Shown piece after piece: positions 26,859 to 39,993 of a stretch of 64,000 nucleotides of DNA. Each line of letters starts with the position of its first letter. Position 1 is the first letter of the stretch. The stretch comes from Peribolospora baueri (Eukaryota), in NCBI GenBank assembly GCA_029717555.1, contig JAMDHS010000030.1, positions 62,001 to 126,000 of the forward strand, in the 5' to 3' direction. A model generated the notes under the pieces. The model was not told the origin of the DNA, searched no databases, and saw nothing but the letters and a program-made list of their open reading frames with translations. A program made the translations under genes and the position numbers.

Positions 26859-29558
26859 TCATGACGCGGGCTTGCGTTTCGTGCCGCACGAACTACCTGG
26901 TGAGGTGTTGGCAGAAGACCCACGGGCGGAGGAGGTAGACGAGGGAGACTTCTTGGAGGAGTTGGACTTTCTCTTCTTCTCCACCGGTGTCGACACGCTC
27001 GACGTCGAGCTGGGGACGAGGTTCATCTCCTCGTCGCCCCCAACCTGACCGGCCGTCCCCGCTTCGACGCCGGAAGCGTTCTGACCGACTAGCCCTGAAC
27101 CTGAACCGACGCCGGAGGATGGGTCGGAGGCATTGATGAGCGACTGAAAAGTCGCAGCCTGCCCCTCGGGCTTGATGAGCACAGGCGAGGGTGGAAGAGG
27201 GGTATTGACGCCGGCCACAAATTGCTGCTGGACGCGCTGCGGCTGACCGGCGTATGCGACACTGACGCTCATGCCCATATTGGGATGCAGTCCCTGCGCA
27301 GACTGGGGCGATAGCTGGTGCTGACCGCCAGCGGCGGGTACGTTCGTGTCTAGCGGCCCAGGTCCAAAGCCGTTCACATGGTGGGCGCCCGACCGCGACT
27401 GGACCTGCTGCGCCACTGGTCGCTGTTGCATCATGATCCCGCCCGAAGCGTCGGACTCAGACTTGACTTCGAAATGTCGCGCGTAGGCCTGCTGCATCTG
27501 CGCCCCTTGGGGAACAAACGAGGCGCCGTTCATCTGAGGCGGCGCGTTACCCACGACTGCGAAGCCGTCCGTGGTCATGTGCATCCCCGAATCTCGCCGA
27601 ACGACGCCCGCCTGGGCCGGATAGCCAAACTGATCGAGCACAAACATTTCGCCTTCCTGACGTGGTGCCTGGTTGACGCCAGGATGACCGGGCACCTGAG
27701 ACGCACCGGCATCCGAGTCGGTCACAAAGATGGGTGGGCCATCGGCTTGCCATGGCGGCACGCCAGAAGTCGCCGGGCTTAGTGGGAGCAACTGGGCATC
27801 GAAAGGGACTACAAAGAGGGGCGCGAGACGGAAAGATAAGCTCGATGGCGAAGGAAGAGGCGAGGACGGCCTGTCTTGCGCGCGCGTAGACAACTCACGG
27901 TGCCCCCCGTTGGCTCCCTTCAAAAACTCGCACAAGTTGCCGAGCACGCTTCTGAGTTGGACGACCGAAGTCCTGAGAACAGCGTTCTGCTCCGTCAGCT
28001 CGTCTACCCGGAACTGCATCTCCTCCACCTGCTGTCGGAGCTGCATCTGCGTGACGGCGACGCTGTACTGCAGATCCCGGGCTTCCACCCTTGCATGCTC
28101 CGAATCGAGGGCCTTGCGCCGAATATCGTCGAGCAGATCGGGCCGACCGCGCAAAAACTTTGAGTGTGAAAACTCCCAAATTTGCGAGTCGACCGTGTTG
28201 CGGTGCCCGCGCGGCGTTTTGTTGACTTTGTAAAACCCGTACCTGAGAACGGCCGAAAGGGTGGCCAGCGACGGACGGCCACATGTCAGCGAACCGAAGT
28301 GAGGGCTAACCGATTCAACTCCGAAAGTCACCGACGCGGCTCCGCCCTACCGCCGCACTCACATGTTCAGCTGGCGGATGAAACTGGAGAAATTGCTATG
28401 CTTGAAGTGCTTGCCCAGGACGTCCCTCGAGAACTCGTCAAAGTTGCAGACAATGACGGACGTTCCAGACGGGTTCCACGAGATGAGATGCTGGCATTCG
28501 GTGTCGCTGACCATTCTGAGAATGTGGAAAAGCCGCGATGGGGAGCGAAGAGAGTCAACATCCGAAAAAGGCTGAGCGGGGAACGCGGGGCTGACACGGA
28601 AGCAGAAAGGAGGCACCCACTTGTAGAGCTTGAAGACAAATTTGCTCGAGTGCTTCTTATCGTTCGGGTTGACGCCTCCAACCTCGGTGAGGGTATTGTC
28701 GCCGTCCTTGACGGTCTCCAGGCCGGCGTCCTGTCCCCGGGTAGCAGGAAGCGTCGGCGTGTCCAGTCTGTCCAAATTCATCCCACTCGGTCCGGCCTCG
28801 GCGGACATGTGACTCATGGAGGAAGAGGCGGAAGGCGGCCCCAGGTCGAGCATGGACGCGTCGAAGACCGTAGAAATGCCCGACGACGGCGCCCCCATTC
28901 CAGCCTCACTCTTGACCTGCACTGGAGACACTTCTGAAGCAGCGGAAGCTGCCGAGGCGTCAGACGATCGACGATCCATGTCGTCGTTCGCGACCGCAGG
29001 GGCCGTCGGGGCGGGAAAAGCTGAGAAGGTGGACGGGTGATGGGCCTCGTCCGAGCTGGCCGAAGACAAGCTCGATCCTGTTCCGGCCTGGCTCCCGGCC
29101 GCATAAGACGTGCTGGAGGAGCCGGAGAGGGAGCGATCGCGGATGTGCAGATGGCTGTTCTGCGAGTTGGGGTCGAGAGAGCCGGTGAAGGCGGGTTGTT
29201 GCTGCATGAAGGGAGACTGGCCGGTGACGGGAGAGATAGGACTACTGCCGGTGCCGCCGGCATCGACGTTAAGGCCGGACATGCTCAAACTGAGCGCGGG
29301 CGTGGGCGGGGGTATGGCAGCGATGGACTCGCGCTTCTGAGCGTCCTGCGAGGCATCGAAGTTGGTCTGGATAGCGAGGGGACTGAATCCCGTGGTGGTC
29401 GACCCTGAATTCGAGGGCCGCTGAGCGGTGTCGCTCGGCGTTTGAAGGGCCTGGGCTTGGTGGGGGGACAGGTAAGCGGAAAAGTTGGAGTCGCCGCCGA
29501 GGTACGCGCTTGGATCGTCAAAGGCACCGGACGAGGGAAAGGAGGCGAATGAGTCCAT
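26859..29558 (-). CDS. HSF-family (heat-shock factor DNA-binding domain) transcription factor
   Basis: SKFVFKLY...LISWNPSGTSVIV...[32 protein letters not shown]...WEFSHSKFLRGRPDLLDDIRRK, followed by a coiled coil and a basic C-terminus. No receiver domain. Confidence 0.92.
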
Positions 29559-31381
29559 CTTTCATGGAACCCGGCGGCTACGGAAACAGGGCGGGCGAGG
29601 CGGTGTCGTGGGGTCGTTTTCCCTTTCGACCCTGGGACGTCGGCGTCGTCGATGGAGGATAAGAGGAAAAGAAGAAGGGAAAGGGCACAGAAAGGAGCGT
29701 GGAGGTGGCGGTGTCCGGAAAGAGGAGAAGAAGAGAGGCCGCGACCGTTTGTGAGGTCATCCACTTGACCGCTGTGGACGACGATCTTTCGCGGACTGGG
29801 GGGACGAGATGGAGATATCCCCTGAAGGGCGAGCGCGGAGTCAGACTCGACCTTGGCCGCCGCTGAGCAGCAAGGCCGGGGAAAACGACGGCGAGCGGTA
29901 GGAGCCAGCCAGCCAGCCAGCCAAAGCAAAGAGGTGGGTAGCAGACTGGGACCGAGAGGGGGGAGGCAAGAAGAGGGGAAGGAGGGAGGCGAGAAGATGG
30001 AAGGTAGAAAGGAGGATGGATGTCGTCGTCGTTGAAACCGAGCGGGACGGGATTCGAATGGGCACTGACCGACGCGGCACCAGTCGGCCGCAGCTGCTGC
30101 GGCAAGCACGGGCTGGCGGGGCAATCCATTCCATTCCTTCCGTCTCTCGTCCCTCACCGGCGCTCTGCTGACAGCTTCCTGTAACGTCAAGTCCTCGCAG
30201 GGCTGAAACACTCGAGGACCGTCGATGGGATGGGCTTGCGAATGAGGGCCGGCGCCAGGCAGCAACCCAGCCAACTTCGCCCATTCATGCGCACAAGGCG
30301 TCGTCGTTACGTTGCTCTGATGACATGACCTTGGAGAGACGCACTTCCAACACGAACGCGACGGGAGGAGTTTGTGGCTCTCGAAACGGAAAGGAGGGAA
30401 GGCCGTTCAGCTCAAGGGGGACTTGCGTTTTGCTCGCTCGTCGTTGTCTTACTTTGTCCCATGCCCGAGGGTCACACTAGACCTAGATGGAGGACACTCG
30501 TTCCGCTGCAAGGTATGGATACGTCCTGTTTCATTTGACCGTTTCCAAAACGGATATGAGTGCGTGCGTGCGAACATGGAACATCGACCTCGTCTGTCAC
30601 TCGAGTACCGTACATACTGGCACTTGCGCAGGGCTGTGGGCTAGCAGGTGGTAGATTCGTCGGTCCCTTTATCGAGCAACTTTTTAGCCGCTCGGATGGG
30701 GTCGCGGGCGTACCTAAGAGACAACTTACATAAGGCCGTTACGGGACCGCGTTCGAGGTTTTTTCCGACCCAATGCGCCGGATGGATGGATGGCGACGCC
30801 ATGGCTCCGGGCGGCGCCGACAGGCGAGCGCTCGCAGTTCGCAGGGAAGGAGAGCGGAGGCGGGCCCCCTCTTTGTCTACACAGCCTACAGTACTTATCG
30901 ATGAAGCCTGGGCGGATGATGATCAGGCGCAGGACGGATGTTCTTCTTTCCGCCACGCGGGCGTCGATGAGGCTGTCTGACCACTGACCCGGGCGTTGAC
31001 ATTCTGCGTGTACGTCACATGCGCCGACGCCGAACGCAAGTGTGCTGCACGCAAGACGACGGATGGATCACAAAAAGGGTGGTCGTCAACGGACCGCGTT
31101 CTTTACCCATTACATGTACATGTGCACCGTCTGCTGTACTGCACTACTAAATAAAACTACCCCGAAGGGCGCAGAAGACGAGGCCAAGTGAAACAAGTGG
31201 GTGTTTAAGGACTTGTCGCGTAATTGCGCTGCGGAACTATGCCTTCTAACGGCGGCACTTGGCTTTGCTTTGCGGCAAACACGTGCGAAGACAAGAGCGA
31301 CGATCGGGATCGGCCGTGAATACCATGAACGCGGAAGAAGGACGAAGAAAAAAAAGGTCGGGCGTCACCGGAATTACCCGT

Positions 31382-33417
31382 CTAGGGGCGAGGTGATCCT
31401 TCCGGAGACTCGCCGTCCCCGCCCTTCTCGTCCAACTGGCGGATCTGGGGCGCGCTCTTGGCCGTGTCGGGCCCGCTGAACGGTCCGGAAAGGTACTTTT
31501 CGTCAAACGCAGGGGCGGGCGCCTTGGACCCAAACAGTCGCTTGATGCCATGACCGAGGCAGGCGAACTGGTGCAAGGCAAACTTGCTCAGGGGCACGTT
31601 GAAGACCGCGTCCAGCTCCTCCAACTCGAGGCCCTTGGTCTCCGGGCAGAAGAAGAAGACGAGGAAGAAGCCGACGAAGCACCACCCGCCATACCAGCAG
31701 AACACGCCCAGACTCGTAAACGCGGTGACCTGGGCGGGCAGGATGAGGGCGAGGACAAAAGAGAAGAACCAGCAGAGCGAGGTCGCAAACGACATGCCAA
31801 GCTCACGGGCCGAGTTGGGGAACGCCTCGGCAGAGTACGTGAAAGGCACGGGGCCCATGCCAGGCGAATAGAGAGCCATGTAGAGGTAAATGCCCGAGGC
31901 GATGATGCCGAGCCTGACCTTTTGGCTAGCTGCGAGGAAGCCACAGCCGGTGTAGATGAGCGTCGCTCCCATGGCTGGGAAGGTGGTGAGGAGCAGAGGC
32001 CGACGGCCCCAGCGGTCGATCACGACGAGCGCGGGGAAGGCGAAGACAAAGTTGATGATGCCCGCGACGAGAGAAAAGACGATGGCAGTGTTGACGCTGA
32101 TACCCGCTTGGACGAAGATGAGCGAGCTGTAGTACATGATGATGTTGACACCGCAGAACTTTCATGTGCCAGCGCGCGAAACGACGTCAGCTCGAGTCCA
32201 TCGTCGAGGGCTTCCTCCTCTTCAGATCGTCTCGACTCACCTGCTGCATGAACATGCAAATGCCAGCACCAACGCATGCGTTGCGGCCTCGGCGAGTGCC
32301 GATGAGCGTCTGGACCGCGCTTTCGCCAGTCGCCTCCATGCGCTTCCGGTCCTCCTCGCCGCTCACATCGTAGACAAACAAGTCGCGAGCAGCCTGGAGC
32401 TCCGAGTTGCGAAGGCGCTTGAGAGACCGGTAAGCGGCCGCGTACTTTTGTTTCTTCATGAGGTAACGGGGTGACTCGGGCGAGAAGATGACCAAGAAGG
32501 CGACAAATGCGCCGGGAACAAAGGTCGAACCGAGCATGAGACGCCAGTCGAGGTTCTTGCCAATGTCGCGGAAGGCGAGGTCGATGATGTAGCCCATCAT
32601 GATACCAAAGGCGGTGAATAGCTGCCAGAGCATCGTCAGAGCGCCGCGAATGCTGACGGGGGCGCACTCGCTGCTGTACACCGGGACGATAGCGGAGACG
32701 GAGCCGATGGAGACACCGAGGATAAGACGGCCGACGAGGAGAACGTGCCACGACGGGGCAACGGCCTCGATGATGGAGCCGACGACGCCGATCAACGCGC
32801 CGATGAAGATGCCGCCCTTGCGACCGCCGATGAGGGAAAGAGGTACAGACAGCCAGCAGCCGATGAAGGCGCAAGCCAGGAAAGGCGAGCCGTTAACAAG
32901 ACCAAGGAGCCAGCTGTTCGTAATGCCGAAGTGCTCCTGTGGAAGGCGAGAGGCGAGAACCAAAGTGAGCATGTCTGTGCACACGCAGAGGGCAGGCTAA
33001 ATGGAGAGCGAGACCTACCTGGTAGAGAAGCTGAGCACCGTTGACGACAGTCTCATCCATACCCTGGACGGCAGCAGCGAGAGCGCCGACAGTAGCGACA
33101 AAGAAGAGGGACCACGGCTGCTTCCAGCGGTGGGACTTTTCTTTCTCGAGCAGGGTCTTCTGCTCGGCCGTGAGGTCGAGGTACTGGTAGGAGGCCGGCT
33201 CGTTGGCGACCTGGGCAGCGAGACGCATCAGATGCTTGTCTACGTGCGCGGCGTCCGCAAGCCTGTCAGCGATGGCAAACAAAGCCGTGTCGTCGAGTTT
33301 GATGCCGAGGCCGACCTCCTCGTCGACCTTGACAGCGCTCGGAGAGTGTGTAGCGGGCGTGTCCATGTCAGACATGTTGTCCGCGCCGGGACCTTGGACG
33401 TCTTTTTGAGAGGACAT
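31382..33417 (-). CDS. MFS sugar porter family transporter, 3 exons
   Basis: QGMDET, GRK, GR, PVYSSECAP..RG, PESPRYL, QQ..G.N..MYY, DRWGRR and PETKG..LEE sugar-porter signatures. Confidence 0.93.
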
Positions 33418-33570
33418 GGCTGTTGAGGTGCGAAAGAAGTAGAGTGTGGAAGAGGGAGGGCGGGCGAGAGCCCAGGAAGAGGCAGGGTGCGGGTTAGAGG
33501 CGAGAGGGGGGGACGGGCGAATGGGAGGTAAGTGCGGGAACTGCGAGAGGGGGAGTTGGGGAGGGTGGGA

Positions 33571-33787
33571 TTATATAGGCGTCAAGCGGGTCAACATCTG
33601 GTAGCTAGTTTGACGTAGAGTCGAAACCGAGACTGAGGGGCGGGCAGGGCGCGACGAAAGCGGACCTGAGCGTCGCCAGCCTGGGCGTTCCAGCGAGTCG
33701 CCCCCGTATTCTGCCCCGCGCTTTGCGACTGGAAACGGCCAGCCCCCCCATGGGGCCATGGGGCCTCCCATGGGGCTTCCCATGGGG
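33571..33787 (-). promoter_or_regulatory. Sugar-transporter promoter: TATA box plus four CCATGGGG units
   Basis: TATATAA on the minus strand at 33571-33577. CCATGGGG at 33748, 33756, 33768 and 33780. Confidence 0.45.
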
Positions 33788-34417
33788 TCTCCCTCCAGAG
33801 GGAGCAGAAGGAGCCCCAACAAGACGTTCGACCCGAATCTCTTTCGTGCTGGCGAAGACAGGAGAAGGCCGGAAGCAGACGAGAAAATGACCAGATCAGC
33901 TTCCTCGACCGACCAACGCTGCCGCCGCCGCCGGCACTACGGATGAGTGAAGGAGGCAGAGTGTCAGGGTGGGTCGTGCGGGCGGCATCGATACGATATC
34001 GACTCCACTTACTCGTTATTAGTGGCGGCACCGATGGCGGATCTTGGCCTCTGCTCCCTCCGGCCGCCATAGGCTCGCTACGCCCAATCCACATACCCCC
34101 CTCCACTCGACCGTTCGTACTTCACACCTTGTTGCGCGCACGACGTCACCGGTGGCGCCCGGCCGCCCGGCCTAGACCTAGACTCAGAACTATATATTAC
34201 TGTAGACCTCAGTGAGACGGTGGTGTTCTGGTTCCAGCTCGCCTCCTCTTGACGGATTCGGAAGGCGGAAGGGCCAATGTTGCCGCAGTCGGCCGCCGCC
34301 CGCGTGGCTTGGCCGTGACGGTTGGACCGAGGGCCGAGGTTGGGCTCCACTCCGTCCGGACTCGTTTCTTCCAGACGACTCCAACCCCCACCAGCCAATC
34401 CTGATAGGTTGGCGTCG

Positions 34418-35966
34418 ATGGCAAACCGTCCCGAGGCGCATCGTCTGCTCTCCGTCCAGAGCCACGTCGCCGCTGGCTACGTAGGTGCGTCCATTCTAAC
34501 TTAGTTGTGGGCGGGCGGGCGGGCGTCTAGCTGCGAGCGCCAACGATGCGCGACTCCGTGCGCTCCACCGGCAGGCAATCGGGCAGCCACCTTCCCTCTC
34601 CAGCTGTTGGGATGGGACGTGGACGTGGTGAACACGGTACAGGTGAGCGAGCGGAAGCCCCCCTCGTGTCGAGAAGGGGACGGCGCGTTGACTTCTTCCT
34701 TCCTATTCCCTAGTTCTCCAACCACACAGGTACGCCGCCGCGACACCCCGGAAAGGATGTACGCTGGTGACACTTGCCTCTGATCCCAACTTCTTTTCCC
34801 GTCTTTGCGGTGGGCAGGGTACGGACGATGGGGGGGCGCGCGCTTTGACGCAGACCACCTTGAGAGTGTTTTCGATGGCCTCGACAGGAATGGCCTTTTG
34901 AGGTATTCCCGCTTGCTCACGGGTGTGTGGACAACAAAGTTCTTTTCATTTATCTCCTACTCAGGGACACCGTCGTTCGAATGACCTCACGTTTGCCGCG
35001 CGTCGCCTCCTCTCCCCCTTTGCTTAGGTTACGTTCCCAATGCCGCCTCCCTGCGAGCCATCTCGTCGCTAGTCGACAAATTGCGCTCCTACAACCCGGA
35101 CCTCATTTATGCCCTGGATCCCGTTATGGGAGACAAAGACAAAGGGCTCTACGTATCGGCGGACGTGGTGCCAGTGTACAAGGAACTGCTCAGCAAGGCT
35201 TCTATCATCACTCCGAATCAGTTCGAGGTCGAGTGAGTCGTCCTTCTCGAACCCAGACACATAGCCTGTCCTCACTGGATTCACACGTCACGCCGACACA
35301 CCCTCTGTCGTCGCTCTCTCCCGCAGGATTTTGGTCGACCAGGAGATCACCTCTCTCTCATCCCTATACTCCGTCCTTTGCATCCTACACACCAAGTTCG
35401 GTGTTCCGCACGTCATCATCTCGTCTGTTTCCCTTCCCGATTCTGATCTGGCATCCTTGGACGTCAACCACACCTTACCCCAGACGAATGGAGCAGCGGG
35501 CGGCGTGGGGAGTAGTCAGCATACCACCATGACCCTCATAGGGTCGTCTTTCGTTTCTGGCAAGGACGACCAGCTGCGTCCGTTTGCCATCGCCTTTCCG
35601 GAAATCAAAGGCTACTTCTCAGGCGTGGGCGACCTCTTTTCCGCCATGGTGGCGGCGCGCTTCCAGCCGGATAAAGACGCAGCGAAAACGCACGCAGTGA
35701 ACGAGAACGGCGCTCGTTGCACAACTCCTCTGGCACGAGCCTCTGAGCAGGCCATCGCGACATTGCAGGGCGTCCTCCGACGGACGAACATCGAGTCCTC
35801 CCACACGTTCTCGCAACGGCCCGCCTCCTCGAAGGAGGATCCCAAAGAAGAGAAAGTGCGACGGATGCGCTCGCGCGAGCTGAGGATCGTGCAGAGTCTC
35901 GAGGACATCGTCCGGCCTGAGATCGTTTATGAGGCCCGGACGGTTTCTGGACCCGTTGGGATTTGA
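34418..35966 (+). CDS. BUD16: Pyridoxal kinase (BUD16/PdxK family)
   Basis: [71 protein letters not shown]. Intron phases are consistent. Confidence 0.92.
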
Positions 35967-36208
35967 TGATCGCCTGTATATTAGATCTAGAATCGGTAGA
36001 GTCCGTTACTATAGGATCGTATACTTTTGAGGTCGTACAGGCCGGTGCAAGTCCTCCGAAAGGGCTCGGCCGCTGCCTGGTTCAGGCATGCACATCTTTC
36101 GCTCTCTTCCAACTTTTGGACACGTCCCCGACGGACCTGAAAACCTCCAGACGACCCCACAGCCGGCGGACTGAAGAAGTGCATTTATATACCGCCCATC
36201 CTACATGT

Positions 36209-36983
36209 TCACACAGACGGCTCCCCTCCGAACTTAATCTCGCCAATGCGGATGCGAGTGTAAGTCTGCTTGTGCTGCACCGTCTTCCTGTACCCCTTTC
36301 TCCTCTTCTTCTTCACGATCCGCTCCAGCTCTCCTTTCGTGTGCTCCACCACTACCGCATGAACGCTCACCGTACCAGGCGAGAAGAAGGTCTGTGTCCG
36401 CAATACCGGAGTCTGACCGGGCAGCTTGGCCTTTCTTGCCGCTGCGGCGGGGTTGGAGGGAGAAGAAGGCGGTGGTGGTCGGAGGGTGTAATCTCGGGAG
36501 CCAACCTCGGCGATGGCAGAGAGCTCCAGGACGTCCCCGACCTTGACGTCTCGAAGGCGAGGCACCGTCAGAACGTCCCTCGGCGTCAAGAGGTAGTTGC
36601 GCCCGACGAGGTGGGCGAGGACGTAGTGGGAAGGCTGCGAGCGGAGGAGGGAGAGCGCCGAAGAGGTGTTTGTGATCGGAGCGCGAGAGGCGGACGGAAG
36701 CGGGGCCGTGGGTTCGGCGAAGGAGGTGCCGGGAGATGCCGTCATAGTAGACATTGTTCGGACGATCACTTGCAAAGAGGACGAAAGCTTGCTCGCGTGC
36801 CCAGCCGCGGCCACTGTCCAGGTCGCGACAGAAAAGAGCAAAGGGAATAGAATGGTCAGACGGCGCACAGCAGAGCCAAAAAGGAGGCCACCAAAACTCA
36901 CGGTCGCCCATCGTGTTCACGACGGCCTTCCCGTTGAGGGCCGAGGAGAACACGCCGGAGCACGCTCTGCACAGGGAAGCCAT
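36209..36983 (-). CDS. MRPL49: Mitochondrial ribosomal protein bL21m (MRPL49-like), 2 exons
   Basis: GRNYLLTPRD.L.V..L.DVKVGDVL.L....EVGSRDYTL...A.VVEHTKG......KKKRRKGYRKT..HKQ.YTRIRI is the L21 signature. Presequence-like exon 1 starts at ATG 36983. Confidence 0.88.
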
Positions 36984-37130
36984 ATATCCTCGCGAGTACT
37001 GGTCGGTGGAAGTCTGTCTCCAGATGGGAGCGATGGTTGGACTCTTGAGAAGGTGCTGCGGCGACCGGCTCTGCGTGCCGAGCGACGCGGTGCGTGTGCG
37101 AACGTGCCCTTGGATGGCCGTGGGAATCAA

Positions 37131-37142
37131 TAACCCTAACCC
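37131..37142. promoter_or_regulatory. Telomere-repeat box TAACCCTAACCC in the bidirectional MRPL49/ATP1 promoter
   Basis: Read directly, near the midpoint of a 312-bp head-to-head interval. Confidence 0.55.
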
Positions 37143-37295
37143 ACCCGTCTTCCTCTGCCCACCGCCCTTCGCTCGCTCCGGCCAGCTCCGCCTTGCCTCA
37201 TCGCCTTCTCTCTCCCTTTCCTTCTCCCTCTCTCTTCCTTCGCCTCCCCTGTCTCTTTCCCACTTCTCCTCTCTTTCTTAGAGCACCCTTCCGCC

Positions 37296-39993
37296 ATGCA
37301 CTCGGCTCTCAGGACCGCCGTCAGGCCTGCCGTCGCCAGGGGGCTTGCCCTCCCTTCGGTGAGTCGTCGACGGCCACCCCTCCTGGTCGCCCGAAGATTG
37401 CTCGTCCACCGATCTTCGCGCCCGCTGCCCCGATCCCAGCCTGTCGTGTTAAGGCCTGACGCGGCATAGCTGACCTTCTTCCTTCGTCTTCTTCCTTCGC
37501 ACATCTACGCTTGTCTTTCAGGTCTCTCGCCAGATCCCCGCTGTTGCGACCGCCGTTCGCTCTTACGCGACCGCTAAGCCGGGTGCGTGTTGTCTCTCTC
37601 GTCACTCCTAAGGTGGACTAGGGATGGATCCAGTGTGCCGATCGATGGCCTCCAATCAATCTGACCTCTGCCTTTTCTCGATCCTCTTACTTACAGCCGC
37701 CTCCGAGGTGTCTTCCATCCTTGAGTCCCGCATCGCCGGCGCTGGTGTCGGCGGTGATGTTCAGGAGACCGGCCGTGTCCTCAGTGAGCATCGATCGCCC
37801 CCTTGCCTCTACTCGTCCTTTTCTGAGAGTCGTGCTCCTTGGTGGAGAAGGGCTTTGGATGGAAGAGAGGGTTGGAAGGATTCTACACTAGTACACGAGA
37901 GCAGAGTTCTACATCATGGAGTAGAACGCCTTCGGTCCGTCAAACATATACTGACTCTACCGCTCCCATCATCGTTTAGCCATTGGTGACGGTATCGCTC
38001 GTGTCTACGGTCTTCGCAACGTTCAGGCCGGTGAGTGTCACTTGTCGAGCTCTCTGCCGCACGCATAACCCCTGAGCCTGTGAACTGACGATCACATCGC
38101 GTCCGCTCATCTACAGAGGAAATGGTTGAATTCTCCTCTGGCGTTCGTGGCATGGCCCTTAACCTCGAGGCCGACAACGTCGGTGTCTCCATCTTCGGTA
38201 ACGACCGTCTGATCAAGGAGGGTGACACCGTCAAGAGGACGGGTGAAATCGTCGACGTTCCCGTCGGCCCTGGTCTCCTCGGCCGTGTCGTCGACGCCCT
38301 CGGCAACCCCATCGACGGTAAGGGCCCGATCGAGGCCGCCGAGCGCCGCCGCTCTTCCGTCAAGGCTCCCGGTATCCTTCCCCGCCGCTCCGTGAACCAG
38401 CCCATGCAGACTGGTCTCAAGCCCATCGACGCCATGGTTCCCATCGGTCGTGGCCAGCGTGAGCTTATCATTGGTGACCGTCAGACAGGTAAGACCGCGG
38501 TCGCCATCGACACCATCCTCAACCAGAAGAGGTGGAACGACGGCAACGACGAGACCAAGAAGCTTTACTGTGTTTACGTCGCCGTCGGCCAGAAGCGTTC
38601 CACCGTCGCTCAGCTCGTCAAGACCCTTGAGGAGAACGACGCCATGAAGTACTCGATCATTGTTGCGGCTACCGCTTCGGAGGCTGCCCCTCTTCAGTAC
38701 CTCGCTCCCTTCTCCGGCTGCGCCATGGGCGAGTGGTTCCGTGACAACGGCAAGCACGCCCTCATCGTCTTCGACGACCTCTCCAAGCAGGCCGTTGCCT
38801 ACCGTCAGATGTCCCTTCTGCTCAGGCGTCCTCCCGGTCGTGAGGCCTACCCCGGTGACGTGAGTGCCGGGGACGCACAATTGCTTTTTGTATCGTTTGA
38901 CGCAGGTGCTGACTGTCCTCATCTTTTTTCGTGCAACAGGTCTTCTACCTTCACTCTCGTCTCCTCGAGCGTGCCGCGAAGATGAACGAAAAGCTTGGCG
39001 GTGGTTCCCTCACTGCCCTTCCCGTCATCGAGACCCAGGGTGGTGACGTGTCTGCCTAGTGAGTTACCTACACCGGCGGTCTTACCAAGTTTTATCCATA
39101 CTTAAAATTGCTGACCTCGTCGTTTGCGTTCTGCAGCATCCCCACCAACGTCATTTCCATCACGGACGGCCAGATCTTCCTTGAGGCTGAGCTCTTCTTC
39201 AAGGGTGTTCGTCCCGCCATCAACGTCGGTCTCTCCGTGTCCCGTGTCGGTTCCGCCGCTCAGACCAAGATCATGAAGCAGGTCGCCGGTTCGGTGAGTC
39301 AAATATCGCTGCCATCTGCTCAGCCTTAGGCTCGTTGAAACTGATGAACTCGCGTTCTTTCCTTCGATCCACAGCTCAAGCTCTACCTCGCCCAGTACCG
39401 TGAAGTCGCTGCCTTCGCCCAGTTCGGTTCTGACCTTGACGCCTCCACCCGCTTCCTCCTCGCCCGTGGTGCCCGTCTTACTGAGTGAGTACAGTCCTTT
39501 TCTCCATCTGGCTTGGCGTAAAGTCAGATCGCTTACGTACTTGCTCGTCTTTCTACAGGCTCCTCAAGCAGGGCCAGTACCAGCCGCTCTCCACCGAGAT
39601 GCAGGTTCCTCTCCTGTACGCCGGTGTCAACGGTCTGATCGACAAGGTCCCGACGGACAAGGTTGTCGACTGGGAGGCCAGCGTAAGTAGAGCTTACCAT
39701 TCACGATTGCACGTGTGGTATACCCGCTGAAACGCTTCTGTATCCGATCTCGGGCGGTTACAGTTCAGGGAGGAGCTCAAGACTTCGTACTCTGACCTCC
39801 TCTCGGAGATTGCTAACGCCAAGTCGCTCACCCCTGAGATTGAGGCGAAGATGAAGAAGGTGCGTCGAGTTTGAAATGAGATGCGGGCGGTCAGTCGATG
39901 CCTATTTCATCCTTACTGATCTCTCCGAATTTTGACCATCATCAGACCATCGATGACCACGTCAAGGCGTTCATCGAGACCCTCAACGCCTAA
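37296..39993 (+). CDS. ATP1: Mitochondrial F1 ATP synthase subunit alpha
   Basis: [29 protein letters not shown] (Walker A), [44 protein letters not shown]. Presequence starts at ATG 37296. Confidence 0.98.

Noticed and set aside
30916..30988. ATGATGA...CTGA as a box C/D snoRNA
   Set aside because: The terminal stem register is poor and I could recognise no rRNA-complementary guide.
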